Assembly (NCBI RefSeq): GCF_002113885.1
Contig: NW_018480078.1
Coordinates: 1,856,607 to 1,920,606, forward strand
Reading direction: 5' to 3'
Source of the DNA: Mizuhopecten yessoensis
Taxonomy: Eukaryota
DNA length: 64,000 bases
The translations under genes were made by a program, and so were the position numbers. Shown here one piece after another: positions 1 to 14,663 of the stretch; positions within the stretch are counted from its first letter, which is position 1; the number at the start of each line of letters is the position of its first letter. The notes under the pieces are model-generated. The model was not told the DNA's origin and did no database searches. It was given only the letters and a program-made list of their open reading frames with translations.

Positions 1-255
1 ACAATGTCATGTATATAAACTCTATATAACAATGTTATTTATATAAACTCTATATAACAATGTCATGTACAAAATGTATATAAACTCTATATAACAATGT
101 CATGTATATTACATAGTAGACCAATGCCATATATATAATTTTATATAACAATAAAAATGTATTTAATTTCCATAAACAGTGACATGTATATAACTTCTAT
201 ATACAGTGTCCTGTATATAAACTCACTAAAACAATAAAACAGTGCCATGTATATA
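1..255. repeat. 28-bp minisatellite (ACAATGTCATGTATATAAACTCTATATA), degenerating rightwards, truncated by window edge
   Basis: ACAATG recurs at 1, 29 and 57; decayed copies continue to about 255. Confidence 0.85.
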
Positions 256-429
256 AATTAATATCTGTCATGAACAGCTATGGTAAAGGCGTTCTGGGAC
301 TTTCTAGAATACTTTTTCTCACTTATCACTTAGCCTTAAAATGTTTCCCCTGAGACCATCTTGAAAGTTTTATTCTGGACATTCCAATCCGGTAAGCGCT
401 CCTCAGTTACAACGTAGGTGTTTAAATAG

Positions 430-470
430 TACCGTTGGGATTTGAACCCACGAACGCGCGCTTAATAGAT
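430..470 (-). mobile_element. tRNA-derived SINE head remnant (B box only)
   Basis: Minus strand reads GTGGGTTCAAATCCC, a B-box/T-arm; no A box or cloverleaf is recognisable. Confidence 0.3.
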
Positions 471-3400
471 TCGAACGTGTATAAGGTCATGTGATCATTC
501 TGTCATAATTTGTCTGCTTTATGACAAGAATATATTCATTTTTCACGTGATCAGAACCAGTATCATTAGCTGTATAGGCTTACAAATATGTCTCTGTCGT
601 TTTTTGTCGTAATTTGTCTCTTATGATTAATAACCGAGTAAGGCTGGAGGAATACGGTTTCTGCGTGACGATAACCGTTTATACTACTATATTGATGCTA
701 AACTTTCATTTAGGACGGATCAAACAACTAACTTTATCTTTGTCTGTAGATGGCAATCATCCGGATAATAGTCAGTGAATATTGCTAATGACGGTAATTT
801 ATTTCATAATTCAGCAGACAAGGGATTCAAAGTTAGGGGGCTGCATGTTAGAGAGATATAAACCCAAGTCGCGGTCAGTAACCTCTTAAGCGGTTCCAAT
901 AATTAACGTATAATCAACCCTAATACGCAGGCTTCATGCGTCCATATATGGACATACACTGTATGGTAATTATCTCTTCAGTATCGACCTGTAACGCTTT
1001 ACTCGGAATGCCTCTGACAAGATTCAGTAGAATAGCGCGATGTGTTCCGGAACAATCGAAACATCTCGGACGATATTTTGTTTGGAAGGTTCATGTGGAG
1101 CTACATACTGTCTCCTGAACAAAATATATAATTAGCTTTCTTGTTGTCATCCTGCTACATCAGATATATTTTAACTGAAATTATATAGATCTAATGTAAA
1201 ACTAAAAGAAAGGATGCCCTAAATGAAACAGTCAACTCTGATGATGATGGTGGTGGTGATGATGATGATAGTTTTCTGAAAGTTTTTTATTTATTTGTTT
1301 ATTTTTTTATAATTTGTTTATTTTTAAAGACATTTTTTTTACATAAATGCGTAAACACCACATACACCTACATACATACATTTCCCATTAGCATGGTTTG
1401 TCAATCATCTCTTGCATCGTCATCTCTTTCATCATCATCCTCATCGTGACTGAATATCATCATCAGCCTTGTCAATCATCATCAATAGTAATACACCATT
1501 ATCATCATTACCATAGTTTTCTTAAAGTTAATTCAGGTCCAATATGCTAAATAACACGTTGCAAGAAACACAATACCTCAAATAAGTACAATGATGAAAT
1601 AGCAAATGTAGAATAACAATAACGGATACACAATCTCTCATTAAATGCGACAATGTGTAAGTGACGTGCTTTTTTAAAAGAATTCATTTTGGACGTTTTG
1701 ACAACTTCAAACGTCATACATAGTACACATTACAGCGACATTTATGTCACAATTCCAACCACTCAAGGATATTAGTGCCATTCAGAGATACATAGTGGAT
1801 GACCGGATAATAGACGCTGTTATATTGCTTTCTAAATTAATGATAATGTCAAATTGACGACGGCATCATAAACCTAGATATTACTATAGGCCACTGAGTA
1901 TAGGCGGTTAACATGAAAGAATCAAAACCTACCTCTTACAAGGAGGAAACGTTAGCACCTGTTCTGTAAACTATAACAATAATTTGGCTGTTTTTTTCAA
2001 ATGGCATCCATGTAGCTAAATGGCTGTTATACTATTAACCGCAAACAGGTGAGCCCCGACCGTATCGACGAGGAACCAATCAATTTCGATGTTTGCTCCT
2101 TTTTCAAATATACAGGTGATAAAACCGCTCGTGTCTAAAGCAGACGACAGCTGGTTTACTGAAACGAGTGAATACCGATACAGCTTTTAACACAAACGCA
2201 GGAAATATGGGTCAAATTTTAACAATGAACGTAGTGGGACTGACATTCCGACACACACGCGCGCGCGGGTACCATTTCCACGCGAGTGTTGGTAGGGAGA
2301 TTGTCGCAGATGGTCCTAATCGTCCATTAAAGTACATTTCTTTTTTTCTAGTTTAAGTATTCGATTAATGATTATGATTAGTAAGGAAGACGGTATGAAA
2401 TAGAGATAAAAACATCATGCTGTACCATTAAGGGCTTGCTTCAGTACTTCAAAGTACACGTACATAGATGCCTACATTATGTATGAGGGAATACAAAATT
2501 GACGATTGTACTACATTACCACAGTTTTAGTCTACTTCTTTCATCCCCACTCAGGCCATAACATGTACACATAAGTCCATGACACATGACCTGACCCCAT
2601 AAGCCCATGACGTATGACATGTACCAATAATTGACCTTGATAATAGACGAGAGAACATCCATTCACACTCCTACGGGAAATAACTTGTATTTTGTTTACA
2701 AATATTCGACGGGAACACGGAAGCGATGAACTGCCGGAGGTGTCCAAACAAAACTGTATCAAAAGTTTTAGACCAGGAGGAATCCGAAGAGGAAAAACAA
2801 AATCCCATGTCACATGACATGTAGCAATAAGTTAATGTCACATAACCTGTACCCAAACGTTCCCCATATTACATCACCTGAGTCCTAATCCTAAGTCCAT
2901 ACACAGAAGCTTTAGTCTTATTGTAAAATTCTTTTCAAGAAAATATGTGGCCAATTCTTTTTTCTCAGTTTATTTTCTGTTGGTTTGAACGATGTTCAAA
3001 GAATTCTTAAAATATCTTCATTATTACACCTGCCTTTTCTAGCGAAGTATAATGTTAAATGAATATTTTGAGATAACAGGAGCGCAAAATGAACATTTCC
3101 AGGTGATGGCAAAGTTTTTTCCGGAGATTTATTTTCCGCCGGATCAAATTCCGAAAGTTTTTGTTTGTTCAAGCTATGTCGAATATTACCATAGTACCTT
3201 TACATAATTTTAAAAACTGACTATTCTAAATTTGTTTTTGTGTTCCACTGATTTTTTGCTGCTTTTTTTTATACTTCCCTCCAATCAAAAGTCAATGGCA
3301 AATATCGAAATGGTTCGAGTCTGAAAAGCATTAAGGTACATTGTATATTGTACAAGAGATATCCGAGCTAAATATCACAGACACGAGTTGCCATTAAATC

Positions 3401-4479
3401 AAACCAAAAAAAAATATATAAAAGTATCTTTCGATTGTCAGAGATCGCTATAGCGAGAGTCCGACTGGTATTGTTTGTTAGTTGATGGGTATCTTTTGCT
3501 ACTGTTGTCGAAAATTCAAATTGTTCTATGGTAAGGAACTGAAAAGTTCTGTGGATAGTTATTGTTCACTCGGCAAAGGTCATCAGCAGTCCGCTATTCT
3601 TCATATGTCGTCAGCTGTTTTATGTTTGTTTATCATTAATTATGATCAGGTAGATGAGGACTTGTTTACGTTGTTTGGCCCCAGTGATAGATCGTACAAT
3701 TTAGATAGAAGTTCTGATGGTGACATATGCAAGTCTTTAATTTCAGCAGTGTTCGTCGGATTTGTTTAATGATCCAGCGTTTTCTCTTTTGTCCAAATGT
3801 CATTCTGAATTGAAGGGGTGTGCATATTAAAAAAAGAAGCAATGTTAACCATCTATAAATATGCATTTGGATTCATTTGCATCCTTCGGTTCAAATAGAG
3901 TGACATGAATTACAGGCTATAAATTGTATTGGCACCATGACCAGCACCTCTCTATTCATCCAAAGGTAGTCAGCTGGTACTGATTAAATAATGATGACCA
4001 ACCATTAATTTAGAATCGGAAACTAAGGACGAAGAATTAATTAATCGGTTCCCGTACATCATTTTCACCTGCAGATCTATTGTCCACACACCGCGTGTTC
4101 TTATTACTAACACGTGGCGGCCTGACCGAAATGTAGTAAGCTAGCTTCTATGCTTGTACTACCGCCGATAGCTAAGGATTAGCATTTCTCACCTGAGTGC
4201 CCTTACGGCCCAGGACATTTCTTAGGAAGGGGTCGGAGTCGGGGGGAACGCTAACAGATGCTGCATAAGGTGACTGATCTCACCGTGGTCACTAACCTTA
4301 GCTTGTCTGGGTCACGTCTGCAGTCAGGCAAATATAAATTATGATTTTTCTCGTTCATGTGCACTAAGGGTTTTATTGAATGCGGAGTCAGTCGGTGATG
4401 GCGAGTCGGAACATGATCACAAGGGGACGCGATAGCCCTTGACGGACCAACCTCACCGGCGGAATTTCGTTCTGACACG

Positions 4480-4950
4480 TATTAAAATTAATATTAATAT
4501 GAGTATTTATTTGATAGTCATTGTACTTAGCTAAGTATCGTTTTCTTGGGCAGAATTTATAACACATATAGACAGACGAGCCGAGTCAAATCCTTACACC
4601 ACTAACAACGCATGTCTCACTATACAGCAGATATGATAGGGGACAGTTGACCATTGTGTTACAAATCTCCCTGTAATTAATTAAGCACACACTTTTGCTA
4701 GGATCGAAGGGTCAGTCGGAGGCAAATCCAGGAATTTTGAAACTTTGGATGGCAGCGGGTTCAGGTTTCCACACATTCCTCTTGTATAATATTGATTCTC
4801 AGTATCAGATATGGACTTCTCACACTCGGAATATGTCATAACCAAAACCAAGCGTCCAAAGAGAAAATCTGAAATCAAGGACGTACCAACCCTGGGATAT
4901 CTAAGGCGAACGTTACCTCACTTTCTTATCTAAGCTGCTCAAGGTTCCAT
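4480..4950 (-). mobile_element. possible decayed 3' end of a non-LTR retrotransposon
   Basis: Minus-strand frame ends ...SECEK...KFLDLPPTDPSILAKVCA* (stop at 4681), followed by a ~180-nt UTR-like stretch, AATAAA and a TAAT-like tail. No RT motif or TSD seen. Confidence 0.25.
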
Positions 4951-5079
4951 ATATTTCACAATTTAGTTACTTGAAGGCAAATACCAATACCTGCAACATA
5001 CATAGGAGTAACCTTGGTTTTAGAAAAAATATCCCAACTCAATTTTCACGACTGTCTATTAATGTATAGACTTAAAAAA

Positions 5080-5622
5080 CTAATTTCAGATTATTTTCTG
5101 CCTGTTGCTAATTTCAAATTATTTTCTGCCTGGTTTTTTCTTTCTGCCTGTTTGCTAATTTCAGATTATTTTCTGCCTGGTTTTTTTCTTTTTGCCTGTT
5201 TGCTAATTTCAGATTATTTTCTGCCTGTTTGCTAATTTCAAGTTATTTTCTGCATGTTGCTAATTTCAGATCATTTTCTACCTGTTTGCTAATTTCAAGT
5301 TATTTTCTGCCTGTTGCTTATTTCAGATCATTTTCTGCCTGTTGCTTATTTCAGATCATTTTCTGCCTGTTGCTAATTTCAGGTTATTTTCTGCCTGTTG
5401 CTAATTTCAAATTATTTTTTGCCTGGTTTTTTTTTTTCTTTCTGTCTGTTTGCTAATTTCAGATTATTTTCTGCCTGTTGGCTGTTTCAGATTATTTTCT
5501 GCCTGTTGCTAATTGCAGGTTATTGTTTGCCTGTTTGCTAATTTCAAGTTATTTTCTGCCTGTTTGCTAATTTCAGGTTATTTTCTGCCTGTTGCTTGTT
5601 TCGGGTTATTTTCTGCCTGTTG
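5080..5622. repeat. 28-29-bp minisatellite (TTGCTAATTTCAGATTATTTTCTGCCTG)
   Basis: Directly visible; units start e.g. at 5229 and 5257; some units are interrupted by T-runs. Confidence 0.95.
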
Positions 5623-6399
5623 CACTGACTTGACATAGTACCACATGCTGACATGCATCCATTGTTCCTATCATAACAACGTGACACACAGTACCGTGTC
5701 CATCTTGTCATGTATCTAGGTTTAAAAGCGTCATGTTTATTGTTGCTATATTGTTCATAATTGTCAAATATATTTAGATATATTCACATTTATGTTGTTT
5801 TAATTGTGAGCTAAAACATGTTCTCCTTTGATATGTTAGCGGTTATCGCTTCGGTGACCCCCATCGACTAATTTGCTGATAAGTGTAATATGATATGTTG
5901 ATTTTCCTGTTGATGTGGGTACATGTATACCCATGTGGAGATATGTCCAGACTGTTACCGGGTCGGATGATACATAAATAAGTTCAACGCATGCGACATC
6001 AATTACATTAATAAACTATAACTCAAAGGACAACCGGAATCAATAACAGCATCGTCACCATAGTCTAAATCATGCTTTTCCGATGAAATGAAGGACCTAA
6101 AATTTCAAAAAATATTCTTTGAATGTTTTTAGACATCAAACTAATTTTATATCAAATAAGCTCACATGAGTAATAAAGTCGTCGGAAATAGAATAGAATA
6201 CATTTCACATCTGCCTTATAAATCGAACATTTAGTTCGAAACACAATGTAATTACTGGTTTTATGGCATATTTGTAAATATTATCTCGGTTTCAACTTGA
6301 CCGCTAAAAACAGGACCACCAACGATGCCAGCTGTAGACATATAAAAACTCCATGTTGACGATTTTTGATACATTTTTATTGGTACATTTGCACCTGAA

Positions 6400-6640
6400 C
6401 GATTATGACAGAAACACCTGCCGAGCCAGAAAGGGGGGGGGGAGGAGAGACCTCGGACAAATTACACGAGGTGAACTCGAGGACAGCTCTAAACACATTC
6501 CCTTACAACGAACAAAGTCAGGCTCCAGGTCTTTGTTTACAAACAACGCGGCCACGTGGTGTGGCGACGCGATAAATCTGACACATCGATATCGACACGT
6601 CATCCGCGTGCTTTGTTTTGCCGCCAAATGTCAAAATGCT
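6400..6640. promoter_or_regulatory. CpG-rich promoter/enhancer-like island
   Basis: Local GC/CpG enrichment with CACGTG (E-box), TGTTTAC (forkhead-like) and minus-strand TTTGGCGG (E2F-like). Confidence 0.25.
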
Positions 6641-8506
6641 ATTTTTAGACGTTTCACCTGCTTAGCACTTATGATAGCAGATGTTAGGTGTGATATAACT
6701 GTGACTAATATGAGCTTTGAGTTCACAACAGGCAGAATAACACTAGATATTACATGAAACTTATTGATTTTATTGACCTTTTACCTTGCGTTAACGGATA
6801 CGAAATAGACAGGATTGATACCTGGAAAATATCAGAGCTTAGCTCTGAAGCTACTCGTAAGGTGTGAGATCATGCCAAAAGCTTCGCAACAGCTATACAA
6901 TTCACAAAGATCTGCGATCGCAAATTATGAAGAGAAAGATTAATTTAAGTTGTTCTGATCTCGTTAGATTGTTGTGAAGTATTTCGTTTCTGGCTTAAAT
7001 ATAAATTTTCAAGAATTGAATAAACACTGGAAAAATGATTTTATATACACAGGAAATGTTCAAATTTGTATGTAACTATACTGGAATTTGCTCACTTGTT
7101 TTAAATGTGTTAACTGGTCCTGCAATAATCTATCTGGGTTTTTTTAATTATGTTACATATGTTAACATTTGATTGATCTTTTTGTGGTGTGATATACTCA
7201 CGAACGAGTCTTCTAAATCATAATTGCGAAAACGAAATATTCACAAATATAACGTCAGATGAAAATCTATGATAGAAGTAAGACTCCTTTCAGCATTTTA
7301 TAACGTGTTTTCATAACTTTATAATTTACAATGGATCGGCTAACCTACTGTCATTTGAATGTCAATATTTATATAGCCTTTGTTACATCCGAAGCACGTG
7401 TTGGCGCTTTTATGAAAATGTTTGGTTAAAAAGATATATCAAACATGTGAAATGTATTGTGTTCATGTTAGCTTTTTGACAACATGCAGTTTTGTTATTG
7501 TATTCTACAAAACGAAAAACATCAATCACAATTCAAAATACTTTATTCTACTCAAAGAATGTTGAAGCTAACTGCATGTACACTTAACCATGATGGTCGT
7601 TGTATAATTTTGTATTATAAATTTTACTAATAGGTTGCCATTATTTTCCCCATACCATATATTTAAATGAAATACATTTTATTATTTTTTAATTCTTGTA
7701 TCATTAAAAAAATTAAACACAGTTTAGATAATTAAGAAATCTAATGGTTTCTGTACACAGTATGTATACTAACAAGTCTGGGATGTAAAGTCAGTTCCAT
7801 TTTCTCTATATCTTTGCCAACAATGGCGTAGGGGTGATAAGGTTATCATACGCTCGTGGGAAACAGCAGCAATTTCTCACTCAACTTTCATTGCATGGGA
7901 AACTGTGATAACCTTTCAATTTTGAAATTTCAAATTGACTTCTGTTGTTTTTGTTTATCCAAGCGCGATGTAATGACATTCGCTACCGTATTTCATATGT
8001 TTTATAATTGTGTATTGAAACATGTGATACAAATCGTCTTGATTGGGCTCTAATAACGGTAGTTAGCGTTAATGTAACAAGAAACGTCATATTGGAACAT
8101 TTAATGAAATAAAACTACAATTTCTTCTAGTTTTTTATTTTATTTTAATCACGCACACACACACACAGCAACACATTCATCGACGTGCTTGAAGCTATCC
8201 ATTAATCATTTATTAATTAAAACAATGTAATTAAATATTAAAATGTTAATACTATTATATTCATTCACAAACATTCTTATATTAATACAAATCACAGGAA
8301 AGAGGTTTCCAGAATCACAACAAGTCAATCATTTGCGCCTGTTGCTGTTATAAATTTAATAGAACTAATTTCAAAATTGACACTAACTGTTGAGTGAATC
8401 CCGGTTTGAAAAAGTCCTTAATCCTCGACATCATTTTCATAGTTCAAAAGAGCCAGGGCACGAAGTGTAAAATTTGAAAATAATACCAATTAAAAATACC
8501 TAAATA

Positions 8507-8583
8507 TTACTGATGCATCGCTTCATATCCTCCTAGAGAGTTTGTAATTCCCATGGAAAATTTAAGCTCATGCTTCACTACTC
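8507..8583 (-). CDS. candidate terminal coding exon (phase 1: VVKHELKFSMGITNSLGGYEAMHQ*)
   Basis: Good acceptor CTTATTTCTTCTGTACAG, then 24 sense codons and TAA. No homology recognised. Confidence 0.15.
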
Positions 8584-11500
8584 CTGTACAGAAGAAATAA
8601 GAACGTGGATGTCTTCCTCACTATTTTTATGAGAGAGAAAAAATATAATCCGATATATCCTTTCAAGAAATAAAAGTCTTTATTAGTACACATGCAAAAT
8701 TCAACCAAATTGAATTGAATTGCCTAAGTTGTTCCCACGTTGTCTGTTTTGATATAAAGAAAAATGTGTCTCGGAGACAATAAAGCATGTAGAACGGGTT
8801 CACTGAAACACAGGATATTTCCCATGGTGCCTATTTGTAGCCGGATAAGCATCATGGGAGGTACATGTATCGATTGCGCTTTTATTTCCCTCTTTTATTG
8901 AATGATTAGAACAGATTCTAATGACAATTTACCTGACTGTGGATCGCTGTTTGTCAGACGGTCGTTACACCTAGTTACTGATCCCAGTAAAGGAATATTG
9001 CGTGTTCAATAAATATCATAGAACACAAGGTTTTAATTGGTATCTGACCTTGACCCTACGCCATAAAATGATGTCAATATTACATCCGGTCCCATTTCCA
9101 AATGTTTTCCTTTGTATAATTTCATGTGCCACCATTACGGTTGTTCATCCGCGATAAAGTGCCTGCGATTATACAATAATGTAAATACTTAAATATTTTC
9201 AAGTTGTAAAATTAAAGAAAATTGACAATTATTTAAATCACAATATACCTGAAATTTTGAAGTTATTCTTAATCAAGTGCAGAGAAAGAGAGAGCAAGGT
9301 GTTAAAAGCGATTTTTTCATATCAATTAGCAAACTTTTCACCTCAAATAAACTCTTACGTGACGAAGATCTCCTAAGATAAAAGGATTCCTTATTCGTCA
9401 CCGTTGTTTATCGTTTTGAAATGTATACGTCCAATCACTTAAACTGTTTTTGCTCTAAAAAAAAATGAAATTAGCTAACCGTGTTAGATATACATGAAGA
9501 AAACAGCGGTCAATCGTGCGGAACATCAATTAATTGAAAATCGGTTCAAATAAGAGTTCAAACGATAATTTTCCAAATTCACAGGAATGTATAATTATAA
9601 AGAACTGGGATGCTCTGCATTAACTTAATCTACATTGTATAAATGTTTAAATTGTTCCTGCTGAAAAAAAGCAGAGAACTATCATATTTTTGTATGTCAA
9701 TATATCCACATGATGATTGCGGCTCCATAACAACCAAACATTGCTAGTCCGTATGAGCAGAAAGGGTGTACGACCGTACAGATAACGACATTATCAAGAG
9801 GGTCTACTTAGCCGTGTACATTGTCCTGGGTTCTTCAGGTTCAATGACAAACATTCATAACACCTTGATCAATTATCTCAATCGGTAATCGATCAGATAT
9901 TGGTCACTAGCAGCACTTAGCAGGGGGTCGAGTGTGACATTTGAGTTTCTTAATTTCAAATATTTCTTTTGAAGTCACATAATGAATTGAAGCTTTATAA
10001 ATTACCATCAATTTTAAGTATTCTTTGCCATGTCATGTTCTAAGGAGGTAAAAATGGCTTTTTAATTTTGTAACCGAATCCAAAATATGATCTCCATTTT
10101 TAAAGACCGGTGTCCTGAAGAATGCTGTACTATATTTATAAAAAAAGTAAGTGTATAGATATATTCAAAGAGCGATATTAAGAAATGTGACACACCTACG
10201 ATATTTCCTTTGTCATGATATAGATGTATCATGGCAAGGTAAGTTTTAAATGAAAGCAACGATACGTTACTATACAATTGAATCAAGAGTTTTTGACAGA
10301 TCGTCTTTGAAAGCAACCTTAATTGAAATTAACTTAAGAAAAGTTACATTTTATGTATCATTTCAATTCACACTTCATAAAATGTTTTAAAAATTGACAC
10401 AGACATGTCCTGAGAAAACACATACGATACTGCAAGAGCATTGTCGTACTGGCGACAAACTGATTTTACAAATTATATAGGGCGCTATAAAAATGTTGTA
10501 TATTATTTATTATTATTATACTCATCATAGGTAAAATGACTAATATCTTCATAATATCATAAACAATCAAATCGATGTGTTTCAATTAACGCTTAAACCT
10601 CAATCAGCGTGTGGTTTTGCTAAAACAGATTCGGGAAGGTCATTTCAATGATGGTCTGTCCTAAACGTCACTTAGGAACCGTTCGATAACCAACACTGAG
10701 GAAACGTTCGATTACCAAACTCAGGTCAATGACTCTGTCGCCGTTTTAAGACTCCAAATAATATAACCATTGTCCCACTTCCTCGTTAAAACTGATTATC
10801 TCCTTATCGTTCAGACTATTATCGGATGTCAGAGTTACTTTGTTTTCACGTCCAAAACTCATTCACGGTAGACTGGGGTTCACTGACCTATGATACTCCA
10901 CTTATTTCCATTAAAATTGTGCGCAATTTTCTAAAATGAAAAATAATGCCGGGATAATGCGCTCTGGTTATACCCCAAAGTATTGATACCTAGACTTTAA
11001 CATATAGCGTCCTCCTCTGTTTATTAGTTGCCTAGGTTCAGGGTCAGTGATTCAACGTTCAATCACCCTGCGGGTGTATGGCCTCCATTGAAACCTTACC
11101 TCCCCTCTCCTTCTCAAATTTGTTTTATTTTGAAATATGACACGTATTGACATGACACGATTGAAGACAAAGGCTTTTATGAAAACTACAGAATGATTCG
11201 TCCCCTATAGTGGTTCTGTTTACAATACACTTCCGCGTCCCTTCAACTCAACTCATGAAATACCATATACTGCTAATGGCGGTGCCTGCAGACAAAGAAT
11301 TTATTTGTTCTCAATAAGGTATCGTTGCTTCACTTCTACCCATTGTTTACCTTTCGGAACTATTCGCGCATGACCTGATGACCTTTATGGTGGTCAAGTT
11401 TTTAAAATGCTGTGAAATAATACAGGGCCGCGTGTTTCTATCATGAATGGACAATACAAATAGAGGCGCATTCGAATCGGTAAGCTGTTCTCCCCCGTCC

Positions 11501-12083
11501 TATCAATTTAAACCATTGCTAACCGATGGCGTTTTGTTATTAAACGATTTTCTTGGAAAAGGTCATTATTGGAAATTGTTCCACAATTGTTTGATAAAAG
11601 GATGGTTAATTCCTCATTGATAATGGCGATAACGTTTTTCTCTCCGTAATAAAAGGTCAACAATTCCCATATGTTGTCGGTTGGTTGGAATGACTCTAAA
11701 ATGCTTTTAAATGATTGTTAATGATTGTCATTATACATGACATCCACATATGTTGGCTTCAAAGAATAGCAAATTTTGTAAATTACATTTTCTATTTTAA
11801 TTGATCTTTGCGACATCTCAACGTGTGATATGTTATTGTTTTTAGTCTTGCATGATATTTCATTAGATATTGCAGATAAGAAAAGATTAAAGAAGGTGGG
11901 ATCATGCTCCGATTATAATAACAGCGTATTTGCATGTCGATTTCAGAAAATGCATACTGTTTAACATGCTCAGAAAATATCGAGGCCATTGAACCCGAAA
12001 CTGAAAAATCCCAAAACCAATCAATTGTGTCCAATTTTTGTCTGAATGTCTTGTTATTGATTATTTTGCGTTTTCTCCGACAG

Positions 12084-12126
12084 GCAAAAGTCTCTCCACC
12101 AGTGAACCGCCGGTCGTGGTATTTAG
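12084..12126 (+). other. candidate 43-nt internal exon
   Basis: Acceptor TTATTTTGCGTTTTCTCCGACAG and donor AG|GTTAGT; GC-richer than its flanks; open in two frames. Confidence 0.3.
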
Positions 12127-14663
12127 GTTAGTGTTACGATGCCCGTACATGTTTGCTTCTCACGAGAGAATCGTCCCGGACCGTAAAATTCAATAATAAA
12201 ACGCGCGATAACAGAGCCAGTTGTTGGTCTCAGTAGTACACTGAGTACACGTGTAAGATTTCCCGCCAGTTCCTATACAGATTCAGCCACAGCAGCACTG
12301 CTGTGATCGCTTCAACAGCATCTGGATTTCATGATGATCGGTTATCCGCTAGAAAAAAAATATACATACGTTTCTAAATGTACAAACATGGTCCCTTTGA
12401 TGTATTGTGTATGCCGATATTTTGTAAGAGAATTGGAAACATATCTGGGAAAGTCGAGAACATCACGAATTTACACAGTAGGAAATATGACTGTTTTTCC
12501 ATTACAGTACCGAAGATGTGTGCAGCACTGCTTAATTCATACAAGGTGACGTTTAAAATGAAATTAACTAATTAATTTCACTGTTTTAACAAAGAGCGAT
12601 TTTTTCATTGCTAGCATGCGTTATTCAGGGGGAAAGTCTATGTTATTAAGAGTATCTGCCAATATTTACGTACGCAGTCCAATTTTAAAACAAAATGAAT
12701 ATAAACTGTATTATTTGTTAAATTAGCGGTGAATAATTTTCGTGCTCAGAGCGGAAAAATCAGATTCAATCAATTTTGTGTCGGTGGTGTTAAAACGGCC
12801 AATATAATATGAATAAATTGGAATTTAAGTAGAATTTTGGAAATAACTGTTTCAATCTACCGCGAAAAGTATGGAAATAATTATCACAAAACACCATCGT
12901 TGTTCCTTTTTCGAATTAAACGATAATCGCCCATATTTCGTCTGACATACAACCGGGAAAACATTGGCCGCGAATTTAAGTAACTACATTATATAAGCGC
13001 CATTAATATAACACATGAACGGTCATTAACTACAGAATACACAAAACGTGAAGGCTACGTCAGAACACAATACGTTACTCAGTATAGCCGTTTCCTCAGG
13101 TTATGAAAGTGTGTTATTAAATGCAACCATACTACTAAAGCTTGCTCAAAAGTTCTATATGCCTAAACCTGCAATAAATATCGACCATCATATGGAGTTA
13201 TGCCATAAACGATATCATTTCAAAACATTTGGCGGTGTTTCCGACAATTTAAAAACGTTTATAAATGATTTATTTTACGAAGTGCAACCTGTGCTTCCGT
13301 GTCAAGGATAAAGATATATCGCGCGTGTATAAATGTAATATCTCCTAAACTCAGACATAACTATTACCATTGATTATCCATTAGGCTCTCCGGTTTATCC
13401 TGAAATCGCCGAGCATTATACAGCCTCTGTATCATAATAATCTTTTTTTGCTACACGTGTGCCGATGCAAATTTGATTACGGCCGATTTTTTCTGTCGTC
13501 TGATCAATTCAGCTAGTTTCATAAATTATTATATTGATCGGCGATTATGACAACCCCGACCGCATAGCTCATTTTTTTAAAGCGCGAATATCAAATGTAA
13601 ATATTTTATTCTGTTACCACGGTAACGAGAGTTTCATCTAAGGAAATCATCGTAGTATATGTAACTTGAGCCAAAAAACGCAGTAAATTAAACGATTTTA
13701 TCGAGAAAGAATATCAATCTCATGAAATATTTAGAAAACATTTCGTTTAATTAAATTTCTGTCATACATTTAACAAATCCAATCCCATAATTTCCAGTAA
13801 TGATGTCAAATGAAACGTAGCAAGTCCCATTAAATCCCCAAGGTTACTATATCATATAGCCTGACCGAAATATGTATTACCATAGCAACAGTGTTGTTAA
13901 AACACTTCCTGGAGACAACGTGATCGCATGGTGACGTCACAACGATGATCTACCGTTTATACTCTCTGTTCCATTAAACCTCTTGAGTTTAATGCCTTGC
14001 TATTCCTGAAATTTTAATATGCTTGCTAAGTAACAGAAACCATTTTGAAATGAAAGTAATCGCTTTTGTATAGGCGATAGTGTTGCCCCTCGAGAGGATA
14101 TCATTTCAGGTGATTAGGTAGACGACCTCTCACATACATATGTAATACCATTAGCAGGTGTTTGTCTAGCTGTTATTATCTCAGATGAGCTATAACGTAG
14201 TGTGGTGAAATCTGATTGTTCCATATAAAGGATTTGGTGATCAAACGTTACTCCGCGACATTTAGGTAGTCTATATGATACAGCTAAAATCATGACTGAA
14301 ATTAGTGTATAAAAGTTATATATGTACAACTGAAAACGAGAATCAATCCTTAGAAGAGTCATAACAATAAGTTACTGCTGGTGAGATCGGGTACGACTGT
14401 CTTTTTTTTGTTTACGACGTCATTATTTTATACATCTAAGTATGTGTGCTTCATTTATGACGTAACATATACATTCAAATCGGCGAAAGCGCTAGCGAAA
14501 TTTAGTCTTCGTGTTTTGTTTTACATATAGGCATAAACATATAAACGGGGGCATTATATCGAACTATTACTGTCTGCAAACAAGGGACATTATATCGGCA
14601 TTTTACTGTATCTAGATTTTATGATATATGCATAAAAGAGGGGCATTTTATAGATATTTTACT

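Noticed and set aside
3436-4477. Solo LTR bounded by TGTCAGA...TCTGACA
   Set aside because: No matching TSD (CGAT vs CGTA) and a heterogeneous interior; a 7-bp IR is expected by chance.
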